Assembly: GCA_964482405.1 (NCBI GenBank)
Contig: CAYZXH010000001.1
Span: forward strand, 661-64,660
Source of the DNA: an uncultured Desulfurococcaceae archaeon
GTDB taxonomy: Archaea > Thermoproteota > Thermoprotei_A > Sulfolobales > NBVN01
Direction of reading: 5' to 3'
DNA length: 64,000 nucleotides
Shown in pieces: positions 56,038-64,000 of this stretch. The notes under the pieces were generated by a model. The model was given only the letters and a program-made list of their open reading frames with translations, had not been told where the DNA came from and made no database searches. Numbering within the stretch: the stretch's first letter is position 1; each line of letters begins with the position of its first letter. A program made the translations under genes and the position numbers.

Positions 56038-56928
56038 TTATTTCTTGAGTTTCCTCAGTAAGTAGTCTACTATCTTAGGTGCGGGATTCACTCCGGTACC
56101 TGCGTGAAAGCCTTGCCAGTTAGGCATTGCGTTAACTTCGTAAACTACGTAACCATCCTCGGTCTCGCCTACGTCGACCCCTGCGTAGTCTAGTTTCAGA
56201 ACTTTAGTAGCTTTTAAAGATAGTTCTGCTAATTCAGCGTCTACCGGCGCTTTCTCAACTCTCGCACCCTGAGCTACGTTGGTTTTCCAAGTATTCTCGG
56301 GTTTATACCTGTATATCGCGCCCAGAATCTCATCACCTACTATGAAGACTCTTATATCTCGCTCCTTGGCTCTAGCGTATTTCTGTATTAGGAGTGGCTG
56401 GCTATGGCTAAGCCAGGTCTTGCCTATTATGTAGGCTATGTCAGGATCTGAAACAAGTAGTGAGCCGTAACCCATACTCCCTATCAATGGCTTAATGACT
56501 GTCTTACCCCAAGATCTCACTGTCTCGCTTAACACGTAGACGTCCTCAGTAATCTTAGTTTCAGGAACCCTCACCCCGGAACTAGCTAGTAATTGAGTTG
56601 CTCTATACTTATCGCGAGCGTTCAGGAAGCCCTCACTACTATTGACTAGTAAAGCACCACCTATCTCAAGCTGTTTCAGTATGTTTACCCTCTTGAGAAG
56701 GGTCTCCATACTCGCTACGGAACCAACCCCCCTCACCAAGCCACCATCTATCTCGACTAAGTGATCACTACCGTAACTAATCCTCAGACTACCGTCTTTT
56801 GAGACTTCACCGTTAAGTCTCGAGATTCTTAAGTAGAGAACGGAAACACCCTTCCTCAACAATTCCGTAAGTAACTCCCTAGCAGTCTGGGGAGGCACGG
56901 GAGCCTCGTGAATTACAGCAACCCTCAA
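56038..56928 (-). CDS. RimK-family ATP-grasp ligase (MptN / LysX / RimK-like alpha-L-glutamate ligase)
   Basis: VIKPLIGSMGYGSLLV, DIRVFIVGDEILGAIYR and GVDVGETEDGYVVYEVN are ATP-grasp RimK-type motifs. The specific substrate cannot be assigned. Confidence 0.75.
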   Translation of the reverse strand: MRVAVIHEAPVPPQTARELLTELLRKGVSVLYLRISRLNGEVSKDGSLRISYGSDHLVEIDGGLVRGVGSVASMETLLKRVNILKQLEIGGALLVNSSEGFLNARDKYRATQLLASSGVRVPETKITEDVYVLSETVRSWGKTVIKPLIGSMGYGSLLVSDPDIAYIIGKTWLSHSQPLLIQKYARAKERDIRVFIVGDEILGAIYRYKPENTWKTNVAQGARVEKAPVDAELAELSLKATKVLKLDYAGVDVGETEDGYVVYEVNAMPNWQGFHAGTGVNPAPKIVDYLLRKLKK

Positions 56929-57004
56929 ACATCGTTACCTCAAGAGTATTTAGCTTAGGCAACTATTTAAGGACTACACAAATAAACATCTAGAGTGGGG
57001 TAAC

Positions 57005-57973
57005 GTGATTGAGTGGATACTGATACCAGCAACGACTACGCTGGCGTCAACCTACTTAATTATGAGTGTGGAGAAGAGTAGGGGGATAACATCCCCGGAT
57101 ATTCATAAGCCCGGGAAGCCTAGAATACCCAAGACAGCAGGACCGGCGTTCATGATTACCTTGCTAGCTGGGTTAATTCTCTCCCTATCAAACAACATGA
57201 CTTTATTCACGTGCCACGTCCTAGCAGCGGTGATCGCCGGCTTAATAGGGTTTTGCGACGACTTTAAGGGTCTTGGAGCTTTGTGGAAAGTGGTTTTGCT
57301 CACACTTCCCTCACTACCAGTCCTCCTCGGTGCTGCTTACGTGCCAAGACCTTATATACCGTTAGTTGGTTCCTTGAGGATACACATAATATACCCGTTG
57401 CTTCTACCACTAGCTTACAGCGTGTCAACGAACGCTTACAACATGATCGACACACACAACGGTATCGCGGTAACAGCAGCACTCACATCATCGATAGCCT
57501 TGTTGATATCCACCGTGGACAAACCCCAACCACTGGATGAGGGCTTCATATTCTCGCTATTCGTCATATCCTTCCTAATTAGTTACTTCCCCTTCAACGC
57601 GTATCCCTCAAAGATATTTAATGGTAATAGCGGTTCCTTCATGTTAGGATCCTTAGTAGCTTCTCAAGCAATATTATTGAGGAGAGAGTACTTAGCGCTA
57701 TTGCTTTACATACCCTTAATAATTAACGGTTTCAGCATATTGACTAGCATCGGCGGATTCATGAATAAGGAGAGGATTTCGAGACCCGTGATAATAACCG
57801 AGGATATGAGGGTAGCTCCGAATAAATCAAGTAAGGCGCCAGTCACGTTGGTTCAATTACTAGTATTGGGGAAACCTCTCACCGAGAAGGAGTTAATAAA
57901 GCTTTACAACCTTTTAATACTCTTAAACACCATTTTTTCACTAATTGTTTACCACGTGTTAGCTAACTTGTGA
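57005..57973 (+). CDS. aglH: Polyprenyl/dolichyl-phosphate N-acetylhexosamine-1-phosphate transferase (AglH / MraY-WecA family, GT4)
   Basis: Polytopic, with CDDFKGL (DDxxG) and NAYNMIDTHNGIA (NxxNxxDxxNG) motifs. Confidence 0.7.
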   Translation: MIEWILIPATTTLASTYLIMSVEKSRGITSPDIHKPGKPRIPKTAGPAFMITLLAGLILSLSNNMTLFTCHVLAAVIAGLIGFCDDFKGLGALWKVVLLTLPSLPVLLGAAYVPRPYIPLVGSLRIHIIYPLLLPLAYSVSTNAYNMIDTHNGIAVTAALTSSIALLISTVDKPQPLDEGFIFSLFVISFLISYFPFNAYPSKIFNGNSGSFMLGSLVASQAILLRREYLALLLYIPLIINGFSILTSIGGFMNKERISRPVIITEDMRVAPNKSSKAPVTLVQLLVLGKPLTEKELIKLYNLLILLNTIFSLIVYHVLANL

Positions 57974-57988
57974 TACCCGAGTAACGCG

Positions 57989-58942
57989 TTAAAGGATGTA
58001 GTGCCCTTTCCTTGAAACTTCCGTTACCCAAAATCTAAGATTGAGGGAATTGCTTAACTCGTTTAAAGCCCCAATAACTCTCTCACCTCTCCTCCAATTC
58101 TCGACGAAACCGTAGATTGCAGGCCCCCAACTACTTTGCCCTAACGCTGTAACACCATTCCTATTTAGTGTTTCAGCTATTATCGAGGATTCCTCGCTAG
58201 AGTATATGCCGCCTTGATACTTACTGAAGTACTGACCCGCAAGTAATTGTATTCTAGACAAGGCCTTACTAAAGATACTGAAATCACCGAGTCTAACCGA
58301 GGTTATTAGGTGAGTGAAGAGAGCGTAGAGTTCTGCTTGATTCTCATGCTGTTCCACACTACTTAACGCGGGCTCTTCCTCCCTCTCGTGAAAACCTCTA
58401 ACGCCCTCTGGTAGCGCAATTAAAACCTTCCACTTAGGAGGTCTTAACCTAGCTAACAACTCAGGATACTTAAGAATACCGTTCCCTCGAAACACGCCAG
58501 TGTCTGCCACGAACCCACCGTATAAGAAGGTATAAATACCTATGCCTGAGACATGACCCACACCCAGTTTCCTAGCTAAGTGATCTATAGGATCGTTACT
58601 CTCAACGTAACCGAGGATTTTAAGTGATTTGAGCAAGCCCATAACCAGCTTAGTCCTCGATCCAAGACCCACGTGGTGTTTTAAGAAACCAGAGATCTCT
58701 ACAGTCAAACCATCTTCGATATTAAGCTCGCTTAACACTCCCGCAATTATTTTCTCAGATTCTTCAGTGGGGGTCTTTATTGTGAGTTTCCCTTCAGTCC
58801 TGGAAACCTTCATTATTATGTAAGGTTCTTTCACCGCTATCCCAGTAGATCCGAAGAGATAGGGCAGGTCTTTATACCTGTAAAAACCTAGGTGGAGCCT
58901 GTAGGGTACTCTTAACCTCACGCTACGTAGGTTATCTCGCAT
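57989..58942 (-). CDS. mptG: Beta-ribofuranosylaminobenzene 5'-phosphate synthase (GHMP-kinase fold; methanopterin-type cofactor biosynthesis)
   Basis: VPYRLHLGFYRY N-terminal pattern and the HHVGLGSRTKL GHMP motif II variant typical of beta-RFAP synthases. 317 aa. Confidence 0.7.
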   Translation of the reverse strand: MRDNLRSVRLRVPYRLHLGFYRYKDLPYLFGSTGIAVKEPYIIMKVSRTEGKLTIKTPTEESEKIIAGVLSELNIEDGLTVEISGFLKHHVGLGSRTKLVMGLLKSLKILGYVESNDPIDHLARKLGVGHVSGIGIYTFLYGGFVADTGVFRGNGILKYPELLARLRPPKWKVLIALPEGVRGFHEREEEPALSSVEQHENQAELYALFTHLITSVRLGDFSIFSKALSRIQLLAGQYFSKYQGGIYSSEESSIIAETLNRNGVTALGQSSWGPAIYGFVENWRRGERVIGALNELSNSLNLRFWVTEVSRKGHYIL

Positions 58943-59637
58943 CTCCAGCCCAACCTCATTAATTCAATTAAGACTTTACACCAATAAAGCTTTCTTTTCT
59001 TTACCGGGGTTGCCGGAGCCTCGTTCTCTAGGTGAGGCTTAGAATACCTGCTCACGAGTCCTTCATAATCGAAGCCTACAAGCCCTACTTCAATTGCCTC
59101 ATTCGCGAGAGCTAAGTATACGGCTCTATCCCCGTCGGTGAAGCCTCCGGAGAAACTTATGTTAGATGTTGTGTGTAAGACTTGGGAAGTGCCTAAGACT
59201 CTCTTCTCTTTCAATAATGGGATCCAGTGCTTTACCTTCTCCACGTTATCTCCGTGAGCGTGCACCACGATAAATCCGTCGAAAGACAATAGGTCGTTTA
59301 AGCTAACACCGTCAAGATCAGTGACCACCACGTGAGGCTCCACACTTACATGCCGACAACACCTTAACGCGCCATCAGCAGCTATCACTACGTCGTAGAG
59401 ACTCACTAACTCAGAGACCCTCACGCAACTCAGGCCTGCACCAACCACCAAGACTCTTGAGTCTTTAACGAGTTTCCTCAAATCCCGCAATACCTCATCA
59501 CGCCCCCTACTAAATCCCTGCAGTATCATATTCAGGGTCTCGGCCGCTGTGAAGTCTTCATCGTAGCTAAACCCGAACTCACGTCTAATGACGTCATGTA
59601 AGGAAGCCCACGCTAAGCTGTCCAATACACCCACCAA
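58918..59637 (-). CDS. mptE: 6-hydroxymethyl-7,8-dihydropterin diphosphokinase, archaeal MptE (DUF115) type
   Basis: VLVVGAGLS, VVIAADGA, VVVTDLDG and VVHAHGDN are the hallmark DUF115/MptE motifs. It overlaps the mptG-like gene by 25 nt. Confidence 0.7.
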   Translation of the reverse strand: MVGVLDSLAWASLHDVIRREFGFSYDEDFTAAETLNMILQGFSRGRDEVLRDLRKLVKDSRVLVVGAGLSCVRVSELVSLYDVVIAADGALRCCRHVSVEPHVVVTDLDGVSLNDLLSFDGFIVVHAHGDNVEKVKHWIPLLKEKRVLGTSQVLHTTSNISFSGGFTDGDRAVYLALANEAIEVGLVGFDYEGLVSRYSKPHLENEAPATPVKKRKLYWCKVLIELMRLGWRCEITYVA

Positions 59638-59675
59638 AAACAGAACACTTAAGGTAAATTTAACTTATCACCTTA

Positions 59676-60320
59676 TTGTTAAGTATTTTTAAGGTGGTGG
59701 GGACGAAGATTGTTAATAAGTTCCTTAGGTTCGGCTATCACGAATCAATAGCTGTGACCTTAAACGAGGAGTTAAAGCCTCACGCGGCTCCGATGGGTGT
59801 AGAGTATGATGAGCCGCACCTAATACTCAAGCCTTATAGAAACACCAAGACTTACGCAAACCTCATTTCCAGACCCCCATTATCCTTAAACTTCACGAGC
59901 GACTCAAGATACTTTTTCAAGGCTATATTTTGCCAGAAAGAACTGGTTTTCGACTTCATTGATCAAGGTGAGGTGCCGGTAATTAGAGGTGATTTTGATT
60001 TATATGTGGTGGGACGAGCTAAACTTTCAGGCATGGCTGGTGAGAGAGCGGTTTTCTTGGTTACGGCTGAGAAGGTTTATGAAGGTCCTGGATCTAGGTT
60101 AGCTTTAAGTAGAGCTAACAACGCCTTACTCGAAGCGCTAGTTTACTACACTAAGGTTGTCGCGTTAGTTAATGAAGGATATAAAGACTTAACAGAGTAC
60201 CTCAATTTATTAAGAATAAACCTCAATTTAGTTAGGAAGCTGGGGAGTCACGAACTAATTGAGATGGCTAACATCGTTGAGGGGAAGTTAAATGGATTAT
60301 TAGGTGATGTGCTGGAATGA
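59676..60320 (+). CDS. DUF447-family (FMN-binding split-barrel-like) protein associated with methanopterin-type pathways
   Basis: HESIAVTLNEELKPHAAPMGV...LKPYRNTKTYANL resembles the DUF447 core (APMGV). 214 aa. Confidence 0.5.
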   Translation: MLSIFKVVGTKIVNKFLRFGYHESIAVTLNEELKPHAAPMGVEYDEPHLILKPYRNTKTYANLISRPPLSLNFTSDSRYFFKAIFCQKELVFDFIDQGEVPVIRGDFDLYVVGRAKLSGMAGERAVFLVTAEKVYEGPGSRLALSRANNALLEALVYYTKVVALVNEGYKDLTEYLNLLRINLNLVRKLGSHELIEMANIVEGKLNGLLGDVLE

Positions 60321-62023
60321 GTTTAATTAGAGCGGTCTTTTTAGGTTTGTTGGTCGGGCTTCTTCAAGGGTTTGTCGATACCTACGGATATGCTGTGACA
60401 GGCTACACTACAGCGGAAATAGCTGGCGTGGTCTCGGCTATAATCTTTCTCGTTTTGTATAGAGCGACCTTCAGAGAAACACCGACAGTTTTTGAGCATT
60501 TCATAGGGGTTGTGGTGGCTGCCGGAATCTCTATTTCGACTACTCTGACGGCGGGCATGTACATTACTTACACGATGCTTCACGCCTACGGGGATGCTGA
60601 GGTCTTAGACCTCCCTTCATGGACTTACTACATGGGTTTCCTAAGTCTTGATACCCTGCTGTTCTACTCTTACGCTACCGCGGTCTCTGTTTCAGGATCT
60701 CTAATTGCTTACGTTTTCTATAAACACTATATAGAGAAGGAGAAACTGCCCTACCCTATAGGTTCCTCTATAGCTAGGGTCATTCAGATAGGTAAGGTGC
60801 TGAAGAAAGAGTACTTAGCTTTATCGATATCTTTGGGTTTCTCAACTCAGCTCCTCATAATGTATTCTGGTGGGTTAACACTTGATGTAACGCCGGTTAT
60901 GCAGAAAATAATGCCGGGGACTGCCTTAGCTCTAACCTTAGACGTCTTCGTTTTGACGTTGGCTCTACTGATACCGCTCAATACTTCGCTTGGGATAGGT
61001 ATTGGCAACATACTGACTTACTTGCTCGTGACGCCCTTGCTCGCGTCACTAGGTCTCTTAATATCCTTGCCTTCCCTAGATAACCACGCGCTAGCTACGG
61101 CGGCCGCCCCCTACATAGCGTCATTAATTAGCGGCTTCCTGCTGGTAGCGTCCTCATATTATGTGGTCGCGAGCAGGAGCTACTTCAAAACCTCGCTGAG
61201 GTACGTGTACTCAAGTAAGTACCTGACACACTACCTACTCTTATCAACCCTCTTAATAATTAGCTTAGCTATCCCGTTAATCCTCTTACGTAAAGTCTCC
61301 ATAACCACCCTCTCAGCGGTCCCTATCCTCGTAATTCTCCACATATTCCTGACGATCTTTACTTTAAGGGTTGCCGGGGAGGCTGGAACCGTATCACAAG
61401 CTACGCTACCCGTAGCCACCTTAACCTTGTTTTCGTTCGGGGCTAGAGGCGCTACCCCCTACGTGTTTTTAGACCCCTACACAGGGGTCCCCATGCCCCA
61501 GTTCGTGGCTGCTAACACGCTCAACTACATTAAAGCTGGTAAAACCCTTGAGATTAGGGCTGAGGTATCGACCTTCCTGCCAGCGCTACTAATGCTTTTA
61601 GGTGCGCCGATAACCTTGCTTTACGGCCACGTATTACTTAACACTTTCGGTCTTACATCCCCTAAACTCAATCTTCTTAGGTGGGTACCGCTCGTTATGT
61701 GGATGAATAACCTCTATAGCGGGAACTTATCTTCTTTTAACATATACTCCATACTCATAGGCCTACTCATGGCCTCTCTCCTCATAGCCATGTTTAAATT
61801 CTTAGGTCTTAGTGGCATATCGCTATTTGGTATACTGATCGGGGTTACTTTAACGCCTGATTTAGGCATGCTCTTCCTGATAGCTTCATTAATTAAGTAC
61901 GTGGCTTTTAGAATAGGTGTCGATGTTTACGAATCCCTAATCACGTACTCTAGCCTAGTTCTAGCAGGCGCTGGCTTGGGGGTAGCTACCTCAGTATTAA
62001 TGAGTTTGGTCGGGGTGATATAA
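60317..62023 (+). CDS. OPT-superfamily oligopeptide transporter-like membrane protein
   Basis: 568 aa with about 16 TM segments. The N-terminal YAVTGYTTAEIAGVVSAI and the LPYPIGSSIARVI motif resemble OPT family signatures. It overlaps the DUF447 gene by 4 nt. Confidence 0.5.
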   Translation: MSLIRAVFLGLLVGLLQGFVDTYGYAVTGYTTAEIAGVVSAIIFLVLYRATFRETPTVFEHFIGVVVAAGISISTTLTAGMYITYTMLHAYGDAEVLDLPSWTYYMGFLSLDTLLFYSYATAVSVSGSLIAYVFYKHYIEKEKLPYPIGSSIARVIQIGKVLKKEYLALSISLGFSTQLLIMYSGGLTLDVTPVMQKIMPGTALALTLDVFVLTLALLIPLNTSLGIGIGNILTYLLVTPLLASLGLLISLPSLDNHALATAAAPYIASLISGFLLVASSYYVVASRSYFKTSLRYVYSSKYLTHYLLLSTLLIISLAIPLILLRKVSITTLSAVPILVILHIFLTIFTLRVAGEAGTVSQATLPVATLTLFSFGARGATPYVFLDPYTGVPMPQFVAANTLNYIKAGKTLEIRAEVSTFLPALLMLLGAPITLLYGHVLLNTFGLTSPKLNLLRWVPLVMWMNNLYSGNLSSFNIYSILIGLLMASLLIAMFKFLGLSGISLFGILIGVTLTPDLGMLFLIASLIKYVAFRIGVDVYESLITYSSLVLAGAGLGVATSVLMSLVGVI

Positions 62024-62034
62024 TCGTCAATACC

Positions 62035-63618
62035 GTGTTCTTCCTCCTCATCTATCTTCTCGTTGCGGTAGCTGTGGGTTACGCAGCCATCAAATACGTT
62101 AGGGCAGAGTCAGGAATGATTAGGGAATACAAGACAGTCATTAAGGCCAGGCTAGCAAGGTTGGTCGGTATCTATAAATTAAGCTTACTAATACTTAGAA
62201 AACCCTTCACTTATTTGGTGATACTGGCAACAATCCTCTCCGTCATAGCTTCAGGACTCAACACTAAGTACGAGAACAATTTAGTGGTAGTGAGGGACCC
62301 AGCAATCACAGGCGATTCACACACCATGCTAATCAGGTTCAGCGAACCTGTCAGCGTCGAAGCTTGCTCAACACTATTAAATGGTTTAAGCTTGGAAGGC
62401 CGCTGCACCTACTACTACAGGGTAATTCTAGACCACCCATACCAACTAAAAAAGAGCAAGAAATTAATATACGTGGTGTTAGGGGTTGAGGAGGAGGTCT
62501 TGAAGAGCTTAGGGCTTGATGGAAGATTACCTGAGTTCTCGTTTGGTTATTCTGAGATCTCTGAAGAACGCGCGTCAGATTCTATGATAATAGACGAAAA
62601 GGTCTTGGAAGTAACTTTAATTCGCGTGAACGGTAGCTTGCTCGCGAATTATCTAATATTCTATAAAACCCCGATAATACCTATTCAGGGCTATGTGGGG
62701 ACAGAACCTCTTACCGTGCCCTTACAACACGTCTTGATATCAACATATGATAACGTGATGAAGCTTGCGAATAGCAGCAAACCACTAGCTACAGACATAG
62801 TGGTAACTAACTTAAGTGAGTTTACCGAGCCTCTAAAAATTTTTGAGTTTCTTGAGGAACGATACCCCGTCACTGAAGTCGCCGTGACAGGAAGCGGTTA
62901 CGTGATGTACGTATCGGAGGTTCGCATACCAACGCCAGACTCCCTAATCTCAGCTATCCTCTCGTCAATAACTGCTTCAATCATAATAATATCAATATTT
63001 TCCTCCACCACACCTTACTTAACGGAGTTAAGGAATAAGATATTCCTCATGGGTTTTCAGCCGTGGGCGATGACTATAGTCATGGTCGGTTATACTTTGA
63101 CATCAATAATGCTTCCAGGGCTAATCACGCTCACGTACATCTTCATCTCGATGGGGGGTGCCTCAACGCTGAACTCCATGGTAACCCTGATCACTTCATG
63201 GCTTACTTCAACCATCTACATAGTTTTAAGAACTAAGCCAGAAAAACTAGTTACTGAAGCTTACATGCCCCCGACCTTTAGATACGTCCTCATATCTTCC
63301 GTGACTGACGTGAGGAAGTTAACTGAGTATATTGTTAAGTTAATTAAGACGAACGAGTTCTTCACGTCGGAGGAGGTAGAGTGGAGGGTTGAAGGCAATG
63401 AAGCGTTCATACACGCTAAGATGAACTACGTAGATTCCTGGGGTTCCGGGATAGACTTAACTATATTCGTGAGCGTTAATGGTGAGAAATCGTACGTAAA
63501 CATAAGTAGCGTGGTCTTCGGCGTAGAGGAAATATCTGAGAATATGAGCAAGAGCATTAATGCCTTAGCTATCTCTAAGATAGTGGGGGGTGTTACTGCT
63601 TGGGAAGCAACATCTTAA
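62035..63618 (+). CDS. FtsX-like membrane protein with a large ectodomain and an extra C-terminal soluble domain
   Basis: Layout is TM1, an extracytoplasmic region of about 230 aa, then three TM helices beginning at ELRNKIFLMGFQPWAM (FtsX-like motif), then a tail of about 130 aa. No ATPase partner is adjacent. Confidence 0.4.
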   Translation: MFFLLIYLLVAVAVGYAAIKYVRAESGMIREYKTVIKARLARLVGIYKLSLLILRKPFTYLVILATILSVIASGLNTKYENNLVVVRDPAITGDSHTMLIRFSEPVSVEACSTLLNGLSLEGRCTYYYRVILDHPYQLKKSKKLIYVVLGVEEEVLKSLGLDGRLPEFSFGYSEISEERASDSMIIDEKVLEVTLIRVNGSLLANYLIFYKTPIIPIQGYVGTEPLTVPLQHVLISTYDNVMKLANSSKPLATDIVVTNLSEFTEPLKIFEFLEERYPVTEVAVTGSGYVMYVSEVRIPTPDSLISAILSSITASIIIISIFSSTTPYLTELRNKIFLMGFQPWAMTIVMVGYTLTSIMLPGLITLTYIFISMGGASTLNSMVTLITSWLTSTIYIVLRTKPEKLVTEAYMPPTFRYVLISSVTDVRKLTEYIVKLIKTNEFFTSEEVEWRVEGNEAFIHAKMNYVDSWGSGIDLTIFVSVNGEKSYVNISSVVFGVEEISENMSKSINALAISKIVGGVTAWEATS

Positions 63619-64000
63619 TGATTTTCGTTAAGGTAGTTGCTAGGGGTTCAGGACTTAAGGTCTCGGCGATCGTGTCAATAAACCTACTCGTAATCCTGCT
63701 TTTCAGGAATAACGCCTTAACACCATACCTCATCATGTTGCTTAGCATGGTGGCCTCAGCCGCAATAATAATAATTGATTTCAGGCTCCACTCAATACTT
63801 CTATACGTACTCTACGTTTACGGCTCAAGACCTAATACCGTGAGAGCACTCATATCTCTTTACTCGTTATTGATAGCTAGCATACTCTCACTACCGTACC
63901 TAGTAATTGATTTAATGAGTTTTTCATCAACTCTAACGTCAACGTTCCTCATAGCTTTAAGTACCTTAAGTTTGATTTACAAAAATGTTAGGGGAAGTGC
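63618..64000 (+). CDS. Membrane protein, 3'-truncated by the window (not in the supplied ORF track)
   Basis: My own translation from the ATG at 63618 (TAATG overlap with the upstream stop) gives MIFVKVVARGSGLKVSAIVSINLLVILLF... The frame stays open and hydrophobic to nt 64000. Confidence 0.4.
   Translation, partial: MIFVKVVARGSGLKVSAIVSINLLVILLFRNNALTPYLIMLLSMVASAAIIIIDFRLHSILLYVLYVYGSRPNTVRALISLYSLLIASILSLPYLVIDLMSFSSTLTSTFLIALSTLSLIYKNVRGS

Noticed and set aside
1-64000. CRISPR arrays, cas genes, IS elements, toxin-antitoxin or classical defence genes
   Set aside because: I saw no regularly spaced direct repeats and no transposase, integrase, nuclease or helicase signatures while reading the translations. 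This is a visual scan only, not a computed repeat search.

Overview
This window is a densely coding chromosomal segment from an archaeon, most likely a crenarchaeote of the Thermoprotei. Three things support that assignment: a stand-alone crenarchaeal-type 5S rRNA, two tRNAs with short introns at the canonical 37/38 position, and TATA-like AAGCTTAAAAA promoter boxes. Gene content also fits (AglH-type glycosyltransferase, MptE/MptG pterin genes).

Gene order:
- 1-8.9 kb: ThrRS (cut by the window edge), then a galactoside island with galT-galK convergent on an MFS transporter, a GH36 alpha-galactosidase and a GH1 beta-glycosidase.
- 9-15 kb: small hypothetical genes, CstA, an ArsA/Get3-like ATPase triad and proC.
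- 15-28 kb: two paralogous five-gene Liv-type ABC operons flanking an SSS symporter, a CBS protein and BirA.
- 28-30 kb: an AspRS of clear bacterial type.
- 30-34 kb: a 984-aa double-FtsX permease with a MacB-like ATPase.
- 34.2-38.7 kb: a tight five-gene operon (helical protein, YdjI-type SPFH/SHOCT protein, two zinc-ribbon proteins, 4-TM protein). This is my top candidate for an undescribed membrane-associated system.
- 38.9-44 kb: a 1694-aa membrane-anchored subtilase.
- 44-51.5 kb: an epimerase, a LuxC/LuxE-like fatty-acyl reductase pair, a run of small membrane proteins and a TM-anchored SagB-type nitroreductase.
- 51.5-52 kb: 5S rRNA, tRNA-Met(CAT) and tRNA-Gln(CTG).
- 52-64 kb: threonine dehydratase, Lrp, scattered methanopterin-like pterin biosynthesis genes (MptN-like, MptG, MptE, DUF447, possibly CitG-like), AglH, an OPT-family transporter and further membrane proteins.

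I recognised no CRISPR array, transposase or integrase. All functional calls come from motif recognition by eye on the supplied translations. No database search was run.
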